Origin: an uncultured Methanosarcinaceae archaeon | GTDB taxonomy: Archaea; Halobacteriota; Methanosarcinia; Methanosarcinales; Methanosarcinaceae | Direction of reading: 5' to 3' | DNA: 64,000 bases | NCBI GenBank assembly: GCA_963721455.1 | Contig: CAVRJG010000033.1 | Coordinates: forward strand, 1-64,000 | Part shown: positions 51,743 through 62,730 of the stretch, in pieces | Position numbering within the stretch: position 1 is the first letter of the stretch | Layout: every line of letters begins with the position of its first letter | Translations under genes and position numbers: made by a program | The notes under the pieces: generated by a model | Told to the model about the DNA's origin: nothing | Databases searched by the model: none | What the model saw: the letters and a program-made list of their open reading frames with translations, nothing else

Positions 51743-51975
51743 TAGGACTTACCACTCGATGTATAAAATAAAGTACATTAAACGTCATGGAATTTATATG
51801 TTGGACATTTAACGGTTTAATGCTACCTTTTTTCAGGTCATATGCGTAAGTCCTGCATAAATCCCAATACTGACTTTTAACTATGTGAATTCCAAACATT
51901 ACAACTTATACACATCCATATAATTTATATGACCAAAGTATCTAACAATTAGCACTGTTAGGACTTACGCAGTTG
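51743..51975. mobile_element. MITE-like inverted ends (AGGACTTACGCA / TGCGTAAGTCCT)
   Basis: TAGGACTTAC 51743, TGCGTAAGTCCTG 51843, TAGGACTTACGCA 51959. Confidence 0.55.
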
Positions 51976-52005
51976 AATCTCCGCAAGCTTAAAATCATTT
52001 TAAAT

Positions 52006-52189
52006 ATTCGCGAGCAAGATCCGATAAAACAAGAGCTGAAACATCAGGTTCTCGGGGAGTGTAAAATCTTTGAACAAATTCGCGAGCAAGATACACTAAA
52101 ACAAGGATTGAAACCCGAATTGAGTTTTGGCTCACTTCTTGAGCTTACCAAGGTTGAGAAGTATCTTCCATTAAAGCAAAGGTTAAAAT
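52006..52189 (+). CRISPR. Degenerate CRISPR remnant 3 (3 x 37-bp repeats, 35- and 38-bp spacers)
   Basis: Repeats 52006-52042, 52078-52114 and a degenerate one at 52153-52189. Confidence 0.8.
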
Positions 52190-52261
52190 TCCGAAAAGTT
52201 CCGCAATTTTCCTTTTCAGTTGCCTTTAAATCCCATAAACTAGCTACTATTCCTGATTGAC

Positions 52262-53302
52262 GTGGCAAGGAAAAAGCAATTTGAGAAGCCCCTGCATGGG
52301 GACAAGGAAAGCCTGCGCTTTGCAACCCCTGAACCTATTGCCAGCTACAGGGCACAGCGCCTGAAGTGTAAGACTCTGGCTGACATCAGCTGCGGAATAG
52401 GAGGGCAGACTGTTTTTTTTGCACAGCAATGCGAGTTCGTTTATGCAGTGGAAATTGACCCCAAAAAAATCGAATATGCCAGGCAGAACTGTGAGATGTA
52501 CGGGCTTGATAATGTAAAATTCATTTGCGGAGACGCCCTTGACCCGAAAGTTATAGAGCAGATCCCGGCAGTTGATGTGGTTTTTTCAGACCCGTTCCGT
52601 CCGGCAGAAGAAAACGAAAGGCACGTCTCAAGCCTTGAGCCGGGCATTCCTAATGTGCTGTCTGCTTACGGGGAAAAGACAAGAAATTTTGCCTTTGAAG
52701 CTCCTCCTCAGATGCCGCCTGAAAGAATTCCGTTTGACTGCGAAAAGGAGTACATCTCTCTGGACGGCCAGCTCAACCGGCTGACCCTTTACTTCGGCTG
52801 GCTGAAGCGGTATGACAGGATGGCTGTAGCTCTTCCTGCAGGCGAAGGACTGGTTCCAAAAGATGGGCTGCTCCCGCAGATAAGGGAAACTGAGAAGATG
52901 AAACTCTGCGCCTACGAGCCCGAACCCTCTGTGGTTGCAGCAGGGCTGCTGCCTGAACTCGTGGAATCCATGATACAGATGATAGGACCTATTATGGGGC
53001 ATTTCGAACTCTTCAAAGTTGACAAAAAGAGGCTTTTGCTCACCTCTGATGCCCTGATGAAGCAATCCATGATCAAAAACCATTATCTGGTCCTGAAAAC
53101 CTGCCCCTTTGAGCCAAAGGATATCAATAAATTCCTGAAAGATAGAAATGTCGGGAGTGTAGTGCTCAGGGCAGGCGTGAAGCCCGAAGATTACTGGGAA
53201 GTCCGAAACGAGGTTGAAAAAGGCCTTGAAGGAAAAAAGACAGTGCACCTCTTTGTAAAAGGCGGGACTGCAATCCTCTGTGAAGTTATCTTTAAGGACT
53301 GA
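52262..53302 (+). CDS. SAM-dependent (RNA) methyltransferase with THUMP-like C-terminus
   Basis: DISCGIGG, VEIDP, FSDP. Confidence 0.88.
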   Translation: MARKKQFEKPLHGDKESLRFATPEPIASYRAQRLKCKTLADISCGIGGQTVFFAQQCEFVYAVEIDPKKIEYARQNCEMYGLDNVKFICGDALDPKVIEQIPAVDVVFSDPFRPAEENERHVSSLEPGIPNVLSAYGEKTRNFAFEAPPQMPPERIPFDCEKEYISLDGQLNRLTLYFGWLKRYDRMAVALPAGEGLVPKDGLLPQIRETEKMKLCAYEPEPSVVAAGLLPELVESMIQMIGPIMGHFELFKVDKKRLLLTSDALMKQSMIKNHYLVLKTCPFEPKDINKFLKDRNVGSVVLRAGVKPEDYWEVRNEVEKGLEGKKTVHLFVKGGTAILCEVIFKD

Positions 53303-53534
53303 AAGAGACTTTAAGAACTGAAAACGCTTTTAAAATCTCTTTCAGACTTTAAGGACTGAAAAGAGGGTGAGCTGGAAAAGTTTGAAAGGGAGATAGCACA
53401 AAAATCAAAAAGGGTAAAAAACCGGGCTTTAAAAACCCGGTATCAGTTTTTATTGATTTCTTAATTTATTTTGATTCATTTAATTCTTTTTGATTCGTTT
53501 GATTCGTTTGATTCTTTTTGATTCATTTGATTTT

Positions 53535-56312
53535 TCAGGCTTGCTTGCAGGCTTCTTTCACAAGTTCAAGCCCGCGGGCAAGGGCATCCTGAATTCTTGT
53601 GGGGTCAGTTCCACCGCCCATTGCAAACGCAGGCTTCCCACCGCCGCCTCCGCTGACAATTTTTGACATCTCGCGGACAAGGTTGCCGGCATTGATTCCA
53701 CAGTTTAGGGCTTTTTGTCCGGCAGACGCTACGATCTTAACTCCTTCAGCATCGCTTGCAAGAAGAGCTACCACATCTTCATGTTTAAGGAATTCAGTGG
53801 CGATTTTCTGGAGCTCAAGGGAATCAGCCCCATGAATAAATTCGGCAATAACCTTAAGGCCTGCAAGCTCAAACGCTTCGCCCAGCAGCCTGTAAACCCT
53901 GGAACGGGCAAGCTCTTCCTTGAGCTTCTCATTTTCTTTTTTAAGGTCTTTCCATTCCCCGAAGAAACGCTCAACGCTTGTTGGAAGGTGTTCGGGAGGT
54001 ACACTCAGGGTCTTTGAGGAATCGGTCAGGAGCGAATCTATATTTTGCATGGCACGTACGGCTGCAACACCGGCTGCAAACTCAATCCTTTCCACACCGT
54101 CCTGGATCCTCTCGGCCTTCAGGATTTTGATAGGACCGATAATCCCTGTACTGATGCAGTGAGTACCGGCGCAGGCCTCGACATCATCTCCGACCTTTAC
54201 AATCCTGATCTTTTCTCCAGGAGGTACTCCACCCTGATAGAGCCCAAAGCCATATTCCTGCTCGGCTTCAGTCCTTGGCATCCATTCTGTAATAATCCGC
54301 TTGTTTTCCATGACCGTGAGGTTTGCCAGAAGCTCGATCTGCCTCAGTTCTTCCGGAGAGATATGTTTGTAATGCGAGAGGTCAAGCCTCGAATGGTCCT
54401 CAAACTTCTGGGCACCGGCCTGCCAGATGTGTTTTCCAAGAACTTTCCTGGCGGCATCGTTTACTATATGGGTTGCCGTGTGGTGCCTGGCAAGGGCCAT
54501 CCTGCGCCTTTCATCCACTTTGCCTGTGACAATGTCGCCTTTTCGGATCTCAAGATCCCCATCCGGATTATCTACTGCATGCACGATTACGCCGTTGTAC
54601 ACCTGGACGTCCACTACCCTGTACACAGCATATCCGGCAGTGATTAACCCGATATCTGCAGGCTGCCCTCCGCCTTCGGCATAGAAAAAGGTGTTGTCCA
54701 GAACTATGTGGTTGCCAAAGACATCCAGGACAACAGCTTCGAATTCCAGGCGCGTGGGTTCATCATAAAAGCTGCGCTTTGTCTTCGGGAGGTGCTTAAG
54801 CCGGTCTGCAAACGGGACTACCTCTACTTCCTTTTCTTCAGCCTTGTTATGCAGCTCACCAATGATGGAATAGAAATTGTCAGGGAATTCTACTTCAACT
54901 CCGATTTCGGCTGCTACTTCCTTTGCCATCTCGGGTGGGATTCCATGGGAATCATAAAGTTCGGTCAACTGGGACAGAGGGATCTTTTCCCCGCTTTTCT
55001 TGAAGTGAGATGCCGATTTCTGGATGATCCTGCGGCCTCTCTCCATTGTATTATTGAATTTCTCTTCTTCAGATTCCAGGATGTCCTGTATGACCGGGAA
55101 GTTTTGCCTGAATTCGGGATACTCGGGCATATTCTTTATATGCATTTCTACAATTTCGGAAAGCGGGGTCCGGATGTCAAGGTCATCCATCATGCGTAAA
55201 GTCCTCCTGAGGACAAGCCGGGCAAGATATCCTGCCTTGACATTCGAGGGAATGATCCCGTCTCCAAGCATGAAAGTCAGACATCGTGTGTGGTCAGTGA
55301 TTGCATAGACCTTTTCTACGGGTTCCATTATAGCCGAGAGTTTATCAACTGTCATTCCAATGCTTGAGGCAACCTTTTTCCTGAGTTCCATAAGGTTTGC
55401 CTTTTCACTGACATCCATAAACCCTGCAAGTCTGGCGTTCTGGGCCAGGATGTTTGCATACTCGGAGTTATCCAGCTCATGTTCAAGCCCTGCAAGCCCC
55501 ATGAGTTCGTTCACTATGCCAGGGAAAAGCGCGTCATAGATTGTAGGGGAACCCTTTGAAGCCCAGGCAAAACGTTCGAGCCCGTATCCCGTATCCACGA
55601 TATAGTTATCCATCTTCGAGTAAGTTTCACCTTTGATCAGGACATCTCCTTTTTTGTCGGCTTTCAGGTCCATGAAAACAAGGGTAGCAAGCTCAAGCCC
55701 GTGCACAATTACCTCGACACAGGGTCCGGCATTTCCTCCGCCTGCCCAGGGCTCTTCTTTGTAGGTTACGGCAAAGGGGTCTACCTTCAGTGAATTTAAG
55801 AGCTCGTCACAGAGTTCCAGGGTATGTTCCTTCCAGTAAATTTCGTTATCCCTTTTATTGAAGGCATGGTGTGCCATCATCTCAAAAGTTGTAAGATGGC
55901 GTCCACTCCTGCCTACCGAGTCCAGGTCGTTCAGGCGAATGCAGGGCTGGGAAATCGTGAGGGGATTTGCAGGTGGGGGAACCTGCCCTGAGGTTACGAA
56001 AGGCTGGAAATCGGCAATGGATGCAATGGTAAGATAAATGTCATCCCTCCAGCGGGCAACTACAGGATTACGGTTGATCCTTGTATGCCCTCTCGCCTCA
56101 AAGAAGGAGAGGTAATACTCACGCATCTGTGAGATATCAAATTCCCTGAAAAATACCGGGCTTCCTATGAAGGAATAAGGATCGCAGGGCGCATCTCCGC
56201 ATGTCTTTCGATCAAGGTCACGTGTCCAGAAGAACTTGCCGCATGTCTGGCACTGCTTCCGGACGAATCCATTGTTTTTGAAAAATTCAAGTTGATATTC
56301 ATCTTCAAGCAT
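53535..56312 (-). CDS. alaS: Alanine--tRNA ligase (archaeal)
   Basis: TIASIADFQP, DTGYGLER, HHTATH, CAGTH, GGGGG. Confidence 0.98.
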   Translation of the reverse strand: MLEDEYQLEFFKNNGFVRKQCQTCGKFFWTRDLDRKTCGDAPCDPYSFIGSPVFFREFDISQMREYYLSFFEARGHTRINRNPVVARWRDDIYLTIASIADFQPFVTSGQVPPPANPLTISQPCIRLNDLDSVGRSGRHLTTFEMMAHHAFNKRDNEIYWKEHTLELCDELLNSLKVDPFAVTYKEEPWAGGGNAGPCVEVIVHGLELATLVFMDLKADKKGDVLIKGETYSKMDNYIVDTGYGLERFAWASKGSPTIYDALFPGIVNELMGLAGLEHELDNSEYANILAQNARLAGFMDVSEKANLMELRKKVASSIGMTVDKLSAIMEPVEKVYAITDHTRCLTFMLGDGIIPSNVKAGYLARLVLRRTLRMMDDLDIRTPLSEIVEMHIKNMPEYPEFRQNFPVIQDILESEEEKFNNTMERGRRIIQKSASHFKKSGEKIPLSQLTELYDSHGIPPEMAKEVAAEIGVEVEFPDNFYSIIGELHNKAEEKEVEVVPFADRLKHLPKTKRSFYDEPTRLEFEAVVLDVFGNHIVLDNTFFYAEGGGQPADIGLITAGYAVYRVVDVQVYNGVIVHAVDNPDGDLEIRKGDIVTGKVDERRRMALARHHTATHIVNDAARKVLGKHIWQAGAQKFEDHSRLDLSHYKHISPEELRQIELLANLTVMENKRIITEWMPRTEAEQEYGFGLYQGGVPPGEKIRIVKVGDDVEACAGTHCISTGIIGPIKILKAERIQDGVERIEFAAGVAAVRAMQNIDSLLTDSSKTLSVPPEHLPTSVERFFGEWKDLKKENEKLKEELARSRVYRLLGEAFELAGLKVIAEFIHGADSLELQKIATEFLKHEDVVALLASDAEGVKIVASAGQKALNCGINAGNLVREMSKIVSGGGGGKPAFAMGGGTDPTRIQDALARGLELVKEACKQA

Positions 56313-56773
56313 AACAATCTCTCCGGCGGGTGGGGGTTTGCTCTGCCCTGATTTATCTGAAAACAAAAGGAGAAATACCCCGACTCAACCGTTTCAAGGA
56401 ACTTCCAGGCACTTTAAGTGCATATACGATAATTCAATCCATTTATCCGTTAATTTTGTATAAAGCATAAGGGAATTAACCTGAAATAGTGAAATATTCG
56501 TAAATTTTGTGCGAATAAATTTTTTTAGTTCTAAGCTTCTTTTACAATATAAACAACTTACACAACATTAACGAAATATATAATAATGTTGCATTAAACC
56601 AGACCCGTACTTATGGGCCTTAACCTATTACAGGTATTCTACAGAAAAACCTTATTCTTCACTTTAAAAGGCAGGAAGTTACTTTTATAGAAATAAAAGA
56701 CAGGCTTCTTATTCGAAAAATTTGCTGAAAAATCGGAACCAGGGAAAAAGATCGTTCCTGCGCCCTGGATTTC

Positions 56774-57034
56774 TTATCTGTACAGAACCACTGTCCTTCC
56801 GCGTACCTCGATCAGTGTGGATCTTGTGGCGTCTGCAATTTCTTCCGCGATAGCTTTTAAGTCTTTTCCTTCCTCAGCACTTTTCAGTACCCTTATCTTT
56901 ACAAGCCTGTTAGCTTTTATTTGTTTATTCAATTCTTCAATCAGAGTGTCTGTTACCCCGTTCTTCCCGATATTAAGAATAGGGGAAATCTGGTTTGCTT
57001 CGGATTTCAAACGATATAATTTTTCTTTCTCCAT
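56774..57034 (-). CDS. YhbY/CRS1 RNA-binding protein
   Basis: IGKNGVT, LVKIR, GRTVVLYR. Confidence 0.92.
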   Translation of the reverse strand: MEKEKLYRLKSEANQISPILNIGKNGVTDTLIEELNKQIKANRLVKIRVLKSAEEGKDLKAIAEEIADATRSTLIEVRGRTVVLYR

Positions 57035-57542
57035 TGCCCTTCCTCGCATTGATAATTATAGAACCCATGCTGCCAATCATGAAATAGCCATTAATATAAT
57101 AGTAATCCATGTTATTATAATAGAATATTACTATTATTAGAGACAATAATAAAAAATTATGCAGCTAATAATAAAAAAACTGTCTCCTCCTGGAAGCTCT
57201 TTACCATTGAACCAGGTTCCTCCTTTTCTCATCAGCATCTATATCAAAGTTTCCTAGTAAACCGAAAGGCAGTCAGTTAGTTTTCTTTTCCGGGTTCAAC
57301 ATTAATTCTTTTCACTTAGCTGTTCTTGCCAGTTTATTCAACAAATTAAATAATGGTTATATCAGGGATTCTACCCGTAAATTCGCTAAATTATGGCTGT
57401 TTGCCCAATTTAATTAGGAGCAAGACGAAGTTTTCAAATAATTTCGACACCTTTATTAGCAGTTTGGCACTCATTAAGGATTATAAAAAACGGAACCGGT
57501 GAACGAACCCCTTTTTCAGAAGTTCAGGACGGTGACTGTAAA

Positions 57543-58334
57543 ATGAATCCAGGCTTGCTTGATCTTATCTTGTTTTCAGAGAAGAGAAAAGATTTTCTCC
57601 TGCTCCTGAAAGAAGGCCCGATAAATATTGAAGAGATACTTGAGAAGCTTCAGGTGCCCAGGACAGCTCTCCTTCCGCAGATTAAGAAACTGAAAGAAGA
57701 GGACCTTGTAATACACGAAGACGGAGTGTACCGGCTCAGCACGATAGGGGAAATCGTTGTAGAAAAGATGCAGCCTCTCCTTGACACCCTTGCAGTTTTT
57801 GAGAAAAATGAAGATTTCTGGGCAAATCGAAAACTTGCTCCTATTCCCCCTCATCTCATGAAAAGAATCGGGGATCTTGGAGATTACCGCCTGATAGAAC
57901 CTGACCTCAGCCATACCTTTGATATGAACCCTGAGTTTGTAAAACATCTTTCGAATTCAAGCTGCATCCACATGTTTTTTTCCTATTTTCACCCTCAGTT
58001 TCCGGCTAATTTTCTCAGCCTTGCAAGAAAGGGCATTGACATTTCCCTTATCTTGAGTGAAGCTGTATACTTACGGCTTGAAGAAGATTTCAAAAAAGAG
58101 GGAAAAGAATTCCTCAAAATGGAAAACACAAGCCTCTTTATCCTGGACAAAAAAAGAATAGAAATACCTGCGGTTATTGCTTCCACTGACAGGATAATGA
58201 CTCTTGGACTTTTCAACGAAAACGGCAGATTTGATCGCCAGTATATAATAAGTTTTGAACGTGGAGCAATAAAATGGGGAGAAGAACTGTTCAAATATTA
58301 CAGGGACATGAGCAGGGAAATAAAATCTAAATAA
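57543..58334 (+). CDS. Winged-helix transcriptional regulator (DUF1724-like)
   Basis: SEKRKDFLLLLKEGP; WGEELFKYY C-terminus typical of Methanosarcina paralogues. Confidence 0.88.
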   Translation: MNPGLLDLILFSEKRKDFLLLLKEGPINIEEILEKLQVPRTALLPQIKKLKEEDLVIHEDGVYRLSTIGEIVVEKMQPLLDTLAVFEKNEDFWANRKLAPIPPHLMKRIGDLGDYRLIEPDLSHTFDMNPEFVKHLSNSSCIHMFFSYFHPQFPANFLSLARKGIDISLILSEAVYLRLEEDFKKEGKEFLKMENTSLFILDKKRIEIPAVIASTDRIMTLGLFNENGRFDRQYIISFERGAIKWGEELFKYYRDMSREIKSK

Positions 58335-58533
58335 AGATTAAAAATGTAAAAAGCAGGAAGATTTACAGCTTTTTATAGATGCATCAATGTACGGACGACG
58401 AGACCTATTGAAAGCGAATTATTGACCCGTAAATATGATTAAAGGTTTTTTGAGTTATAATACTTTTTTTAAATAATCTGGTTTTCAGGCAATAATCTTG
58501 AAAGAACAATGCTGTCTGCATTAAACTTAAATA

Positions 58534-58580
58534 TTAGGTATGCCTAAATGCGGATAAACTAAAAGATTAGGTATGCCTAA
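58534..58580. promoter_or_regulatory. Two TTAGGTATGCCTAA palindromes, DtxR/IdeR-type metal box
   Basis: 58534-58547 and 58567-58580, upstream of the feo genes. Confidence 0.75.
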
Positions 58581-58596
58581 AAATGAGAGTAGACGT

Positions 58597-58719
58597 ATGA
58601 AATTGCCATTTATCTGTCCCGAAGGGGAATGTTGTTGCGGAAAAAAGGGATGTACTCCAGGAAAAGGGCTCCCGAAAGTCGTACTTATCGGAAGTCCCAA
58701 TGTGGGGAAAAGCCTGTGA
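58597..58719 (+). pseudogene. feoB: FeoB N-terminal remnant (40 aa)
   Basis: MKLPFICPEGECCCGKKGCTPGKGLPKVVLIGSPNVGKSL*; G1 motif then stop. Confidence 0.8.
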
Positions 58720-58883
58720 ATTGCCCTCTCTGCGGAAACAAGTTTGAGAAACCTGATGAAACAAAATGCACCGGTTGCGGAAAACTTCACAGCTGCAACA
58801 GGCAGTGCTGTCCGAACTGCGGATATGAGCTTGTAAAAGAAGCAAAAATAATACAATCCATACGGAAGTTTTTCAAATGTTAA
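58716..58883 (+). CDS. Small Cys-rich (Zn/Fe-S) protein in the feo operon
   Basis: CPLC, CTGC, CCPNC; GTG start. Confidence 0.75.
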   Translation: MNCPLCGNKFEKPDETKCTGCGKLHSCNRQCCPNCGYELVKEAKIIQSIRKFFKC

Positions 58884-59128
58884 CAGAAAACTCACACATT
58901 GCCCTGAAAACCACGGATCTCTGCTCAATGGAGCCTAAAAAAATAGGAAAGATATCCCACCTGGAAACTAAAAACCCGGGAATTTTGCAGAAACTCATAT
59001 CAATGGGCATCCTGCCAGGCATGCCAGTTACTCTGCTCAGGCGATCTCCGTCATACCTTTTTGAGGTCGACCAGACCCGGTATGCTGTTGACAGGGAAAT
59101 AGCAAACCATATCTACGTCAGCTACTGA
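58877..59128 (+). CDS. feoA: Ferrous iron transport protein A
   Basis: KLISMGILPG, RRSP, A..IYV. Confidence 0.9.
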   Translation: MLTENSHIALKTTDLCSMEPKKIGKISHLETKNPGILQKLISMGILPGMPVTLLRRSPSYLFEVDQTRYAVDREIANHIYVSY

Positions 59129-59236
59129 TTGATCTCTTGAAATTACAGGCTAGAATCCATTTTGGATGCGAGCCCCAGGGATCAGGCTGTTTAGCCCGCT
59201 GTGAACAGGTACAACAAAAAAATAGGAAAAAGAAAA

Positions 59237-59794
59237 TTATTCCCTTACATGCCTGACAATGTGGCCGGCTTCGGGAATGATAATTTCGGAAAGAGCCAGT
59301 TTCACGGCATTCGGGGAACCAGGGAGGCAGAATACAGCTTTTCCTTTAATCACGCCTGCTGCAGCCCGCGTAAGGATTACCGACGTTCCTATCTCGTCAA
59401 GGCTTTTGTACCTGAAAAGCTCTCCAAAGCCTGGAATTTCCTTCTCAAAAAGAGGGGAAATGGACTCGATTGTAAGGTCTTTTGGAGCAAGCCCCGTACC
59501 CCCGCTAGTAATTATAATATCTGTGGAACTACCAAGGGCAGCAAAAACTGCCTCTACGATTGAAGTTTTTTCGTCGGAAACGAGCCTGTAGAAAGCAACT
59601 TTATGGCCAGCGGCTTCAAGAAGATCCTGCATAGCCTTTCCTGAAAGGTCTTCAGCTTCTTCAGGTAAGGCAGAATCTCCGTATTTTTCATACCTTGAGG
59701 TCGAAATTGTAATTAAGGCAAAAGAAAAAGACTTTTTAGCATCTTTTTTGTGAATTTCCGGTGTGGGTTCTTTCATGAAAACAACGCTCTCCAT
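59237..59794 (-). CDS. moaB: Molybdenum cofactor biosynthesis protein B
   Basis: TSGGTGLAPKD, PGFGELFR, LPGSPNA. Confidence 0.92.
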   Translation of the reverse strand: MESVVFMKEPTPEIHKKDAKKSFSFALITISTSRYEKYGDSALPEEAEDLSGKAMQDLLEAAGHKVAFYRLVSDEKTSIVEAVFAALGSSTDIIITSGGTGLAPKDLTIESISPLFEKEIPGFGELFRYKSLDEIGTSVILTRAAAGVIKGKAVFCLPGSPNAVKLALSEIIIPEAGHIVRHVRE

Positions 59795-59875
59795 TTTTAG
59801 ACATGTTTATGCGGTGTCCGGTTTATTTCTACTTGCCTGCCTATGTTTTAATAGCTTATCAGCCAATGCTCAGAT

Positions 59876-60997
59876 ATGCTCATACTTGCAGCGGATATAG
59901 GAACAGGTACACAGGATATCCTGCTCTTTGATTCGGAAAAAGAGGTGGAAAACAGCCTGCTTATGGTTATGCCTGCTCCCACCCAGGTCACTGCGGAGAA
60001 GGTGCGGAAAGCGACCAGAGAAGGGAGGTCGATAGTGCTTACCGGGAACATAATGGGAGGAGGCCCTTCAACATTCGCTATAAGGGATCACCTCAAGGCA
60101 GGTTTTCCGGTGTATGCTACTGAACAGGCTGCTCTGACCATCCATGACAGTCTGGAAAAAGTAAAGGCTTTTGGGGTCAGGATTGTCTCCGAAGAAGAGG
60201 CAAAAAAACTTGCATGCGAGGGAAGTGCACTGAATATCGTTATGCGGGACTTCGACCCGGAATCGATTTCATCCGCACTTTCTGTTTTTGAAGTTCACAT
60301 GCCTGAAAACTATGCTGTGGCGGTGCAGGATCATGGGAATTCCCCTGAGAAGAGCAACAGGGTTTACCGATTTGAACTCTTCAGAGAACTTATTGAAAGA
60401 GGAGGAAAACTTGAAAACTTCGTGTACAGTCCAGAGGAAATCCCTGACGCCTTTACCCGCATGAAAGCCCAGGCAGATTCCCTTCTCAAAGCTGTCGGAA
60501 ACCTGGAAACAAGGTCGGTTTTCATGGATACCGGCCCTTCAGCTATCTTCGGGGCTCTTACTGACCCTGCAGCCATCCAGCCTTCGGTCGTGGTTAATAT
60601 TGGGAACGGGCATACCCTTGGGGCACTTGTGCTTGAAAACAGGATCGCGGCACTCTTTGAGCACCACAGTTCCCGCATGAGCGCGGAAAAACTGCAGGAC
60701 TATATAATAAGGCTTGCCGACGGAAGCCTTGGTTTTGATGAGGTCTTTGCAGATGGAGGGCACGGCGCGTACATAAAGGAGGCTCCAGGCTTTGAGCAGG
60801 TCAGATCTATAATAGTGACAGGCCCGAAAAGAGAAATACTTGAAAAGCTTTCAGATTCCGAGATCAGGAAAGGAATTAAAGAAAAGTTGCATTTTGCCGC
60901 GCCTTTCGGGAGCATGATGCTGTCAGGCTGTTTTGGGCTCCTTGCGGGATTCTTTGAAAAATATCCGGAACCATCAATAAAATTTATAAACCACTAA
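59876..60997 (+). CDS. DUF1786 family protein
   Basis: DIGTGTQDILL, AVQDHG, NIGNGHT, FEHH. Confidence 0.88.
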   Translation: MLILAADIGTGTQDILLFDSEKEVENSLLMVMPAPTQVTAEKVRKATREGRSIVLTGNIMGGGPSTFAIRDHLKAGFPVYATEQAALTIHDSLEKVKAFGVRIVSEEEAKKLACEGSALNIVMRDFDPESISSALSVFEVHMPENYAVAVQDHGNSPEKSNRVYRFELFRELIERGGKLENFVYSPEEIPDAFTRMKAQADSLLKAVGNLETRSVFMDTGPSAIFGALTDPAAIQPSVVVNIGNGHTLGALVLENRIAALFEHHSSRMSAEKLQDYIIRLADGSLGFDEVFADGGHGAYIKEAPGFEQVRSIIVTGPKREILEKLSDSEIRKGIKEKLHFAAPFGSMMLSGCFGLLAGFFEKYPEPSIKFINH

Positions 60998-61192
60998 GTA
61001 GTAGGGAGTAAGTCATAAACACCCGGAATATATAAATTTTCAGGGGTTAAAAATTTCAAGCCCGAATCCCCTTCAAAGGGCACGGGGACGCAAAAGTTGC
61101 CTGCTAAAGCCCACCAGGGCCGATTTACAGATAAATGTAAATACAGGCAGGTATCTCTATATGCACATATCTCATACTGAATGGTTTGCTAA

Positions 61193-61813
<621 letters not shown>

Positions 61814-61849
61814 CCAGTTAAACTGTTAAAATCAAACGGGAGTATAATA

Positions 61850-62458
61850 ATGTACGATTACGAAGAGCTTTTGAACCGTGCAATGGAAAAAATGCCGGAA
61901 ACCGAGACTACGGACGCTCGATTCGTAATCCCTGAACCCAGACTCTTTTCCGAAGGCAAAACCACAATTCTGGATAACTTCGGAAATATTGCAGATATCC
62001 TTAACCGGGACCCTGACCACCTGATGAAATATCTCACCAGGGAGCTGGGGACTGCAGGGAAGATAGAAGGCACACGTGCCGTCTTCCAGGGAAGGTTTAC
62101 GAGAGCTCAGATGACTGACAACATTCAGGCTTATGTGGACGAATACGTAATGTGTTCGGAATGCGAACGCCCGGACACCCAGCTTGTCAGGGTGGACAGA
62201 GTGCTTATCCTGAAATGTTCTGCTTGCGGGGCTCACAGACCTGTCAAAAAGAGAAAGGTCAGCAATGTGGTTATCAGGGATGCCATTGAAGAAGGTGGAA
62301 TCTATGAACTCCGGATTGATGCAGTCGGGTCCAAAGGTGACGGGATAGCAAAGATAGACAAATATACGGTTTTCGTGCCCGGTGCCGGAAAAGGCGACGT
62401 GGTTAAAGTAAAAATAAAGAAAATCAGCGGAAACCTCGCCTTCTCAGAGAGGGTCTGA
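61850..62458 (+). CDS. eif2b: Translation initiation factor aIF-2 beta with C-terminal TRAM domain
   Basis: [16 protein letters not shown] zinc ribbon, GDGIAK. Confidence 0.96.
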   Translation: MYDYEELLNRAMEKMPETETTDARFVIPEPRLFSEGKTTILDNFGNIADILNRDPDHLMKYLTRELGTAGKIEGTRAVFQGRFTRAQMTDNIQAYVDEYVMCSECERPDTQLVRVDRVLILKCSACGAHRPVKKRKVSNVVIRDAIEEGGIYELRIDAVGSKGDGIAKIDKYTVFVPGAGKGDVVKVKIKKISGNLAFSERV

Positions 62459-62730
62459 GGTTTAAGCGTTTTTAGAAATCATTAAGGCAGTCGGGGCCGA
62501 TTACTCCAGTTCTCGTGCCCGGACAGCTTAAGTCCTTATTTTCAGGGATTACCTTTTATATCCAGAGATTAAAATCTCGTATTCAGACATTACCTATTTT
62601 TGAAGCTTTCAGGTGCCATTCAGCCATTTTTAATTAGAGACCTTCTGGAGTTCAGCCTCCGGAAACCCCCAGGGCGATTTTAAATATCTACCAGTCAACC
62701 ACCATTAAAAGCAGGAATGTGTGAGAAAAA

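Noticed and set aside
51973-52260. 95-aa ORF with repeated IREQD..KQ.LK
   Set aside because: Translation of the CRISPR repeats.
53455-53535. TTTGATTC(G/A) short repeats
   Set aside because: Low-complexity terminator-region repeats common in Methanosarcina intergenic DNA.
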